In this document: positions 57,272 through 64,000 of the stretch, piece by piece
Position numbering within the stretch: position 1 is the first letter of the stretch
Layout of the letters: every line of letters begins with the position of its first letter
DNA from: an uncultured Planctomycetaceae bacterium
GTDB lineage: Bacteria > Planctomycetota > SZUA-567
Assembly: GCA_964457365.1 (NCBI GenBank)
Contig: CAYWFP010000006.1
Location: forward strand, 13,329 to 77,328
Direction: 5' to 3'
Length of the DNA stretch: 64,000 bases
Made by a program: the position numbers and the translations under genes
The notes under the pieces: generated by a model
The model's input: the letters and a program-made list of their open reading frames with translations, nothing else
What the model was told of the DNA's origin: nothing
Database searches by the model: none

Positions 57272-57439
57272 AAACGCTGCGGGGGCAGGTTGCGTGGGCA
57301 CTTCCAGTATTATGGAGTGAGCGAGAACACCGTCGGCATAACCCGTTTCTATCGGTTCGACCTGCGGGCGACCCGGAAGTGGCTCAACCGGCGCAGTCAG
57401 AAGGGGCGGATGAGTTGGGCGCGATTTATGGCCTACTAA
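57272..57439 (+). pseudogene. Remnant resembling C-terminus of group II intron/retron-type reverse transcriptase-maturase
   Basis: The frame reads GHFQYYGVSENTVGITRFYRFDLRATRKWLNRRSQKGRMSWARFMAY*. This resembles the maturase C-terminal pattern GWxNYY...F..D.....RRL..W..RR..K....W. No N-terminal RT domain is present. Confidence 0.3.
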
Positions 57440-57592
57440 TCGCGCCATCAAATACATTGCGCACGCGGTGGCCGAAGAAGCAGTAAATCAGGCATTATCG
57501 ACGGGTTGCCTGCAAGGTATTTTTAGGCGCGGTTAGTAATTTCCTCCTATCGGACAACGAAGGCAGGAATGGATCACAAGCGATGAGGAGTG

Positions 57593-58042
57593 TTATGCTT
57601 TTTCACCCGTCTCATCGTCGCGGTTGTGCCATGTCTGGTCGAAAGGATTGTAGATCGAGACGCCAGCGGGAAGCATGTCCTTGACGGTACGCGTGGCGAC
57701 GGTCAGACCGTGCGCGATCGCGGTGGCGGCAATCAGCGAATCGATGGCGGGAAGCGGATGCCCCCTGGATTCCGTCTCGGCGCATAATGCCGACCATGCG
57801 TCGGTCTCCAGTTTGCCGATCGGAAGGATGCGGCCGGCGAAGCGACGCTTCATCTCGTCGATCCACGCCATTACTTCGTCGCGGCGCGCAGGATCGTCGA
57901 GTTTGCGCGCGCCCTTCTCCAACTCGCCGACAGTCAGGATGCTGAAATAGGGATCGATCCCATTCAGCCAGTCGATAACGGTTTGGTCGGGGCGCTGGCG
58001 GCGCTGTTCCGAGATGACGCAGGTGTCGACGAAAAACTTCAC
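57593..58042 (-). CDS. vapC: PIN-domain toxin VapC
   Basis: MKFFVDTCVISE start with a conserved acidic D and the ...IDSLIAATAIAHGLTVATRTV C-terminal region; 149 aa. Overlaps the antitoxin gene by 4 nt. Confidence 0.8.
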   Translation of the reverse strand: MKFFVDTCVISEQRRQRPDQTVIDWLNGIDPYFSILTVGELEKGARKLDDPARRDEVMAWIDEMKRRFAGRILPIGKLETDAWSALCAETESRGHPLPAIDSLIAATAIAHGLTVATRTVKDMLPAGVSIYNPFDQTWHNRDDETGEKA

Positions 58043-58269
58043 AAATCGACCTCGCGCGGCAGAGACTTGTCACGCTTCACGATGAAATCGTCGTCGAAGG
58101 GAGCGGTTGCCAGAAAATCGCCGAAGCGGATTTCATCCGGGGATTGCGGATCGGGGAGGATGACCGACAGCGTCACCTCGCCCTCGGGATAATCCCCGGG
58201 GACGTCGATATCGATGTGCGCCTTGTGGTCGCGACCGATAATCGCCTTGGCCTGCAGGGTCCGCGTCAT
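58039..58269 (-). CDS. VapB-family antitoxin (putative)
   Basis: 76-aa ORF immediately upstream of vapC with a 4-nt overlap. Confidence 0.6.
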   Translation of the reverse strand: MTRTLQAKAIIGRDHKAHIDIDVPGDYPEGEVTLSVILPDPQSPDEIRFGDFLATAPFDDDFIVKRDKSLPREVDL

Positions 58270-58544
58270 GGTTCTTTTCTCCGAAAGTTACGTAGAAAAT
58301 TATACTTCAAGACGGCTCATTCGTCAATCCATGAACATGCGTTCGGTCTTTTAAGATGCGTGGAAAGCGATGGGTAATGTTTTCATTAGAGATGTCCGTT
58401 CAGGCGCAAGGGCACAATGACGGCAAGCCATGCTCCGGCTCTACAGGCCCCTCCGGCCCCGGCAAGCTTTGCAGTAAGCCGAGTTGACTCCATGTCATCA
58501 ATGCCCGTCCCGCAAGATTCTACGCCACGGTCCATCAACTTCGT

Positions 58545-58584
58545 AAAGCACAGGTCGTCGGTTCGAGTCCGACAGTTGGCTCCA
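58545..58584 (+). tRNA. tRNA 3'-half fragment (T-arm GTCGG-TTCGAGT-CCGAC, acceptor 3' strand AGTTGGC, discriminator T, CCA); no 5' half, probable att remnant
   Basis: Canonical T-loop TTCGAGT with a 5-bp stem (58557-58573) followed by a 7-nt acceptor strand and CCA. No complementary 5' acceptor strand lies within 120 nt upstream. Confidence 0.55.
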
Positions 58585-58955
58585 CGACACGCCATGCCCC
58601 GGGACGCTTGACTAGCGCCTCGGGGCTTTTCTTACGCCTGTTCAGCGACGGGTTCCGCACGATATCCCCCGGGGAGGGGTGGCGGCAGGATCGGCTATTC
58701 TCGGCTCATCAGGCAACTATAGAAGGACTGCTGTGACAGTAAGCGCGGCGGTAAGCGGGTACGTGTTGGAAGAAAATTTATAGGAAATCCAGGAAGAGAC
58801 CTGCTTCAGATGCCATAACTGCATGTATTTTTGACGTTGGCTTGAATTCGGCTAAAGGAACCCTGCGGGATTTCCTAAAGCGGCCTGCGTCGGATGCGTC
58901 ATATGCAAGACAGCTTGCGCATTGGCTCTTGTGGCATTAAATGAAAGCCGTTGGA

Positions 58956-60707
58956 TCACGGCCCGCCATAATCCAGCAGCTTCAAGACAATCGTATCGTT
59001 CATCCGTGTCTCCAAGATGCCTTGGCACGGAATTTCATTGGTCGTATAGCTGCGGAATTTGGCTCCGCTGTCGAAGGTCGTATCCAGAATATGGCAGGCG
59101 ATCTTCTTGTTCTTGAATGGATAATTTCCCTGGCGCACCATGGGATTATTTCCAGTCGGGTCGGTCGAAGGCGTCACGTGGATAGTCATGCTGCCGATAG
59201 ACTCTCCATTGCGGCTGCGATCGATGCGGACCGAGACTTTCTCCGGCGTTACCTTGACCACCGTGTGCCTCGCCTGTACCCCACCAGCCATCTGGTAAAG
59301 CGCCCATTCGCCCACCTTCGCGTCGGCCAGGCAATCGGGCAGCTGCGGTTTATTCGTATCGCTCTTTTGGGCAATCGGCTGTTTGATCACACCGTTGGGG
59401 AGAAGCGCTTCGATATCGCTGCCGAGTCGATCGGGCGTGCGTTCTTCTTCCTCGTAGACCTTGCGTACCTTACCCTGCGTGTCGATAAGAATTACCGTCG
59501 GCACCGACATGCACGCCCCGTAATCGAGCCACATCTCCGTATTGGCATAGACAGTCGGATAAGGATACGTCTGCTTTTCCGCCTCGCCGACCTGCCGCTC
59601 CGACGACCTGTTCCATTCCGGCATCTTGTCCACCGAGACCAGGAGCACGGTGAAGCCGGCGGAGCCATACTTCTCCTGTAATGACTTCAGCATATCCAGG
59701 CTTTTCCTGCACTCCGGGCAGAATGCAGCCCAGAACTCGATCAAAACGACCTTGCCTTTGAGCTCCGCAATCGTCAACCGGCCGCCCTCAAAGCGCGATA
59801 GATCGAACGGCGCGGCTGCTTCGTTTCGTTCCGAGCGCGCAAGCATCTGCGCCTTGCCCCAGCCACGCTTGGCGTAATCGACATTCTGTTGCCATTTCTT
59901 TTCGCCGCTCAATTCGATCAATCGCTCGTTTTTTTCGACTGATTGCCGATAGGCTTTCGCTGCCTCGATGAACTTGCCTTCCTTGCTCAGTCGGTCGCCC
60001 AGAAGCAGAAGCTGATATCCCGGTTGCTGTAGCGTGAAGATATAGTTCTGGCGGTTGGTTGCATTGTCGGCGACCTCGAGCACTTCCGTATACGCCTTCT
60101 CCGCTTCGGCGTATTTCACAATCGCGGCCTCAATTTGACCTTTCTCAACCAAGGCCTTGGCTTCGTCAATGATCGCGAAGGCCTGTGCGGCCATCTCCTC
60201 GGGCGTCCGCGTCTTCAACGAAGCGGATTCTTCCTTCGCCTCGGGCTCAACTTGCTTCTCTTCACTCTTGACGGCAATCGCTTCGTCCACGACCTTGCGT
60301 CCGTTCACGCGGTCGGCATCGATATAGCCTTTGGCCACGACCATTCCGTCTTTCAACACCTCTACCTGCTTCCATCGGCCATGCGCGGCAAGAACGCGCA
60401 CCTTGCCGCCTTGGGGAATGATGTGTTCGGTATACTCCGGCAACTCCGATTCGGAAGCGAACTTCATTTCGCGCAGAACATAGGTCGTGCGTCCGCGCAT
60501 CTCCCAGATTCCATCCTTCGAGTCATAGAAAGCAGTCTGCGGTGGCAGATCATCCTCGGCAATCTCTTCGTTCGAACGCGAGGGCAGGATAGAGAAGAGC
60601 CACTGCGAACCGTTATGAATCAAGATAGGCGAGGCGAGAAAGAGCAGCATTAACAGGACGCCGAGCACCCAGGGCCAACGCTTCGATTTCTTCTTGCTCG
60701 TTTTCAT
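58956..60707 (-). CDS. Secreted multidomain protein: SH3-like, TPR-like helical region and TlpA-like thioredoxin-fold (redoxin) domain
   Basis: N-terminal signal/TM, a Lys/Glu-rich helical repeat region, and the redoxin motif IEFWAAFCPECRK (CxxC). Confidence 0.65.
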   Translation of the reverse strand: MKTSKKKSKRWPWVLGVLLMLLFLASPILIHNGSQWLFSILPSRSNEEIAEDDLPPQTAFYDSKDGIWEMRGRTTYVLREMKFASESELPEYTEHIIPQGGKVRVLAAHGRWKQVEVLKDGMVVAKGYIDADRVNGRKVVDEAIAVKSEEKQVEPEAKEESASLKTRTPEEMAAQAFAIIDEAKALVEKGQIEAAIVKYAEAEKAYTEVLEVADNATNRQNYIFTLQQPGYQLLLLGDRLSKEGKFIEAAKAYRQSVEKNERLIELSGEKKWQQNVDYAKRGWGKAQMLARSERNEAAAPFDLSRFEGGRLTIAELKGKVVLIEFWAAFCPECRKSLDMLKSLQEKYGSAGFTVLLVSVDKMPEWNRSSERQVGEAEKQTYPYPTVYANTEMWLDYGACMSVPTVILIDTQGKVRKVYEEEERTPDRLGSDIEALLPNGVIKQPIAQKSDTNKPQLPDCLADAKVGEWALYQMAGGVQARHTVVKVTPEKVSVRIDRSRNGESIGSMTIHVTPSTDPTGNNPMVRQGNYPFKNKKIACHILDTTFDSGAKFRSYTTNEIPCQGILETRMNDTIVLKLLDYGGP

Positions 60708-60750
60708 CTCGTTTCCCCTCTCTCGCTATCGCAATGCTTTCCGTTCCGAC

Positions 60751-61119
60751 CTACGGCTTACTCCACTCATGCCAGTCGCCGCCGGTAGCATTTCTCCAAA
60801 GAATATAGAACGGATCATTCTCCGAGGCGATATCGACCGCACGCTGGAAATCGTCGTAGGATTCGGGAAAGTGATCCATCTCCTCGAGCCATTGCCAGAA
60901 GTCATCGGGCGTGCCGACACCCGTCTTCTCTGAAAGCCATTCGTGATAATTCTCGTCGCGCGGTTGTTCGTGATCCATGTACTCGTTGTGCGCCTGCATC
61001 ACGCGCGCGGTGTCCGAAATTGCCGATAAAAGCAGGTCGATCACTACATCGGAACTGTTCACGCTCGCGGGAGCATTGGCCAGGTGTCCGGCAAGCGAAG
61101 CCATTTCGGTCAGTATCAT
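60751..61119 (-). CDS. Hypothetical acidic protein (122 aa)
   Basis: Start MILTEMASLAG. Trp/Asp/Glu-rich (DDFWQWLEEMDHFPESYDDF), with no recognisable domain. Confidence 0.45.
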   Translation of the reverse strand: MILTEMASLAGHLANAPASVNSSDVVIDLLLSAISDTARVMQAHNEYMDHEQPRDENYHEWLSEKTGVGTPDDFWQWLEEMDHFPESYDDFQRAVDIASENDPFYILWRNATGGDWHEWSKP

Positions 61120-62240
61120 TATCTTTCCCCTTTCTTCTTTGATGCTTTCGTATGCACCGGAGCGTTTTGCCCGAGGCATCCAGCGACTTGATGCGTCAAA
61201 TACATTTGGTTGCGTATGGCGAACGGCCAAGTTAACAAGTTCCAGATGCCGATCTCTTTTCCCCTTCGTTTCATGATCAGCGGAAAAGACAAAACATAGC
61301 GCCAAGTTCTGCGAAGCTCGCGGCTGGCAATAAGCGCGCGGACTCCCTGCACCAGGTCGACCAGGATCACGATCGCCAGCAGCACGACGAAAATCCAGGG
61401 CGTCCACTGCCCGCGGCCGATATAGTCCAGGTAATCACGCGCTTGCTGACGCAGATTATACAAGCCGTGTTCCAAGACGACCCAGGAGAAGCATAGCAGC
61501 GGCAATACCCACCACCAATAGTTGCCACGCGCAAATTTCAGCCTCTTGATATGCTCTCCGAGCGCGATGCCAAGCGCGGTAAAGCCAGCGGCGGCGGCAT
61601 GCCCGATAAATCCCATCGAACCGTGACGCCCCATGCTCACGCCGAGCGCGTCTTGAAAGAAATGGAAGCCGCCGAAAGCCGGTCCGTAGACGAAGTCGTA
61701 CGCCTTGACGCCGACAGGATAGAACATCTTCTCGACAATGTCGAAGCCCGCCCCGCACAGAAGCGCCATGACGACTATATCGCTACCGGTAAACCTCGTG
61801 CGTGTCCGCCGCCAACCCCACCAGATCGCCAGTACGACCGGCAGCACCTTGACCGCTTCTTCCAGGATCGGAATGTAGATGCCGCTCATCCACCACAGCT
61901 TCGGATCGATCCCGAAGACGTGCCAATATAGCCCCTGCCCCAATAGCAGCGTGATACCCATGCACAACCAGATGCCGCGCGAGAAGAATTGAAGCGCCCG
62001 CATCGTCGGGATCGACCGCGTCAGCCAGGTAATCAGCAACGCTTCGAGAATCAGGATACCTTCGAGCCGGAACCAGTCTGTGCCATGCTTGTAGTCGTGA
62101 TAAAGGTAGCGCGAGGCAAGCGCCAACAGTGACAAGATAGAGATTCCGAGGCAGACATGGCGGAGGATCATGCGTTTCTGTGACTTGCGCGGCTTTTCCC
62201 GGTGCATGATTCTGGCGTTATCGGTGTCGATATCACTCAT
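61119..62240 (-). CDS. Polytopic membrane protein, possibly PrsW-like intramembrane protease family
   Basis: About 8 TM helices; EEAVK, GFDIVEKMFY and HAAAAGF motifs are reminiscent of PrsW. Start MSDIDTDN at 62240. Confidence 0.5.
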   Translation of the reverse strand: MSDIDTDNARIMHREKPRKSQKRMILRHVCLGISILSLLALASRYLYHDYKHGTDWFRLEGILILEALLITWLTRSIPTMRALQFFSRGIWLCMGITLLLGQGLYWHVFGIDPKLWWMSGIYIPILEEAVKVLPVVLAIWWGWRRTRTRFTGSDIVVMALLCGAGFDIVEKMFYPVGVKAYDFVYGPAFGGFHFFQDALGVSMGRHGSMGFIGHAAAAGFTALGIALGEHIKRLKFARGNYWWWVLPLLCFSWVVLEHGLYNLRQQARDYLDYIGRGQWTPWIFVVLLAIVILVDLVQGVRALIASRELRRTWRYVLSFPLIMKRRGKEIGIWNLLTWPFAIRNQMYLTHQVAGCLGQNAPVHTKASKKKGER

Positions 62241-62413
62241 CGGTTCCCCTCTGCCCAATTGACTTACATCAATCGTAGTCGAGTCGGCGCAATCGGGCAA
62301 GTCACTTTCGGCCTCGTCGGCTGCAGTATGGCTATCATCGGCCCAGCAATATGCGCGCCAGGCCGACAAGCAGAACAAACACATGACATTATTGCAGTTA
62401 CGATAGGCAATAG

Positions 62414-62686
62414 ATGAGCAATGTCAAGACGTTGTTGTTTGTCTTGTCGGATTACACCACACTGAAACGCAGAACTGCGTTCGTTGAAGCACTACACTGT
62501 CACGATCTGGACATGAGCTTGATCGAACCGAAGCAAGAGATCGATTACGAGGGACATCTGAAACGCTTCATAGATGAATTGCGTCGATCACGCGTTGAGG
62601 GGCACGGTGACAAGGACATCTTTGCAGAGATGATCGAATTGCTGGCGCCAGATGGCGGCGGGCGAGCCTTGCTGACATTAGTTTGA
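62414..62686 (+). CDS. Hypothetical protein (90 aa)
   Basis: ORF only; it overlaps the decayed parA frame on the opposite strand. Confidence 0.3.
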   Translation: MSNVKTLLFVLSDYTTLKRRTAFVEALHCHDLDMSLIEPKQEIDYEGHLKRFIDELRRSRVEGHGDKDIFAEMIELLAPDGGGRALLTLV

Positions 62687-63024
62687 AAATCATCAATGCG
62701 AAGCGAGCATGGCAGAACCGAAAGTGACGGTAAGCCACCACCAATGTTGCTACCGTTTGCGAACAGATACTGTTGGATGGTTTCTGTTTCGAACTCATCA
62801 CTAAGCATTGAGGCGAGAAGGTCATGTAGTGTCTTCCTATGCTTCCTGCTATCGGCGCGCTCAACTGCATCTGCACCAATGAGCAGTTCGCTCGCCGCGC
62901 ATTGATGGTCGGCATCGATAAGCAATGTCTTGTTGCCGTTGGCTGCGAAACACTCGGCAATGGCAACTGCTGTAGCAGTCTTGGCAACACCGCCCTTGAG
63001 ATTGATAAACAGGATAATCGGCAT
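62545..63024 (-). pseudogene. ParA/MinD-like P-loop ATPase, truncated (only N-terminal about 110 aa homologous)
   Basis: MPIILFINLKGGVAKTATAVAIAECFA...LLIDADHQ deviant Walker A. The frame degenerates after about 62690. Confidence 0.5.
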
Positions 63025-63163
63025 AGCTATTCCTCATCAATTTGCAAAATATCCGATAATCCCAAATCCCGCAGAGCCGATTTCAACTGCTCAAGCTTTT
63101 GCTGGGATATTGGGCCGTCGATAGTTATCTGTACATCTAGGGTGTTTTCGGGAAGCTGAGCTT

Positions 63164-63601
63164 ATGTGGATCGACCGTCTCCTGTCATCGCGCACACGCA
63201 ACGCCGTGGAGCTGGCGGCGCAGTTTGCCGAGCAGCGGCAGAAGGTGCTGGCGGAGAACCTCGCGAACGTGGATACGCCGGACTACCCGACGCGGCGGCT
63301 GGATGCGGCGTCGTTCCAGGCGTCGCTGGGCGCGGCGCTGGACCGGGCGAAGGCCGGCAAAGAGAAGGCGCTGGAGTTGCGCGGCAACGCGCAATTTGCG
63401 ACGGGTCGGCAGGGTGGCATCGTGGTCGAGCCGGCGGTGGAACCGGCGCAGAACGTGCTTTTTCATGACGGCACGAATGCCCGGCTGGAGACGCTGATGG
63501 GGGATGTGGCGGAGAACGCGATGTCCTACGATCTGGCGATGAGTTTGTTGCGCGGTCAGTATGAAGGGCTGCTGCGGGCGATTCGAGGGCGTACGCAATG
63601 A
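63164..63601 (+). CDS. flgB: Flagellar basal-body rod protein FlgB
   Basis: 145 aa; ENLANVDTPDY motif and the C-terminal rod-protein region. Confidence 0.85.
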   Translation: MWIDRLLSSRTRNAVELAAQFAEQRQKVLAENLANVDTPDYPTRRLDAASFQASLGAALDRAKAGKEKALELRGNAQFATGRQGGIVVEPAVEPAQNVLFHDGTNARLETLMGDVAENAMSYDLAMSLLRGQYEGLLRAIRGRTQ

Positions 63602-64000
63602 TCGGGGCGCTTGACGTATCGCAATCCGCGATGGTGGCCCAGCGCATTCGGCTGGACGTGATTGCCAACAACATGGCCAACGCCGATGCCACGGCCCAGG
63701 AGGACGGGACGGTAGTACCTTTTCGGCGGCGCTACGTGACGTTTCAGCGGGGTGACGGGCGGGGTGGCCCGGGTGTGCACGTGGGCGAACTGCGAGAGGA
63801 CCCGAGCCCCTTTGAGCAGCGCTATATCCCGGGGCATCAACATGCCGGTCCGGACGGGTATGTTCAATTCCCGAACGTGGACCTCTCGGTGCGTTTCGGC
63901 CACGACGCCGGCATCAAGTTCAAGTACCCCTGGCTGATCCCGGGCATCGGGTCGACGAACATCGCCAAGAACAACTGGGAGGGGTTGGCCATTGGCTCTG
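63598..64000 (+). CDS. flgC: Flagellar basal-body rod protein FlgC (partial, runs off window end)
   Basis: ATGA overlap with flgB. MIGALDVSQSAMVAQRIRLDVIANNMANADA matches the FlgC N-terminus. The C-terminal part in the window diverges from consensus. Confidence 0.6.
   Translation, partial: MIGALDVSQSAMVAQRIRLDVIANNMANADATAQEDGTVVPFRRRYVTFQRGDGRGGPGVHVGELREDPSPFEQRYIPGHQHAGPDGYVQFPNVDLSVRFGHDAGIKFKYPWLIPGIGSTNIAKNNWEGLAIGS

Larger units (their letters stand above)
57040..63160. mobile_element. Lower-GC decayed genomic-island-like segment between the DUF697-like gene and flgB
   Basis: GC drops to about 50% across 58600-63100. It contains the tandem repeat, the RT-like remnant, vapBC, the tRNA 3' fragment and a truncated parA. 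No integrase was found. Confidence 0.35.

Noticed and set aside
58380-58620. Possibility that the tRNA-like 3' end belongs to a complete tRNA or a tmRNA
   Set aside because: No complementary 5' acceptor strand, D-arm or anticodon arm could be found within a plausible distance. A tmRNA 5' end (GGGG plus acceptor complement) is absent for 350 nt upstream.
63025-63160. Small minus-strand frame upstream of parA with a conserved-looking C-terminus (LEQLKSALRDLGLSDILQIDEE)
   Set aside because: There is no in-frame start codon (ATG, GTG or TTG) before an upstream stop, so it is probably a decayed partner-gene remnant.

Overview
This is a 64 kb window of a high-GC (about 65-70%) bacterial chromosome with roughly 95% coding density. 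It contains many 4-nt start/stop overlaps (ATGA or GTGA), and several genes appear to start with GTG.

The most notable content is a roughly 25 kb divergent biosynthetic gene cluster (about 29685-54562).
- Minus strand, one tightly coupled operon: LeuA/NifV-like 2-oxoacid condensing enzyme, indolepyruvate:ferredoxin oxidoreductase IorA/IorB, an orphan ADP-forming acyl-CoA synthetase alpha subunit, a SAM methyltransferase, a KS0-AT-DH-PPTase polyketide synthase, a free ACP, a 250-aa hypothetical, a giant PfaD-like ER-KS-AT-ACP-ACP-KR synthase (2418 aa), and an SDR.
- Plus strand, divergent operon: two SyrD-type ABC half-transporters bracketing a GT-B glycosyltransferase and a YdjC/HpnK-family deacetylase.
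- I read this as a PUFA-synthase / heterocyst-glycolipid / enediyne-PKSE-like iterative synthase that builds and exports a glycosylated long-chain polyketide lipid, possibly primed by a 2-oxoacid-derived (aryl- or branched-) acyl-CoA starter. I cannot tell from sequence alone whether this architecture is already described.

Other content:
- Housekeeping genes: rpsO-pnp, mnmG, trpD, der, flgB and flgC (flgC is partial at the window end).
- Two inverted copies of a MITE-like palindromic element flank a 3.8 kb AKR / Zn-ADH / AraC cassette, with decayed gene fragments inside and beside it.
- A DUF116-polyprenyl synthase fusion is translationally coupled to a stand-alone alpha/alpha-toroid prenyltransferase-repeat protein.
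- Unusual fusions: MFS transporter + HEAT repeats, and pentapeptide repeats + K+-channel pore.
- A 250 bp AT-rich island sits upstream of der.
- A lower-GC decayed island (about 57040-63160) lies before flgB. It carries a tandem 52-bp repeat, a reverse-transcriptase/maturase-like remnant, a VapBC pair, a tRNA 3'-half (att-like) fragment, a TlpA/TPR protein, a PrsW-like membrane protein and a truncated ParA.

No rRNA, no intact tRNA and no CRISPR array was found. All calls are from reading the sequence and ORF translations only; no database search was possible.
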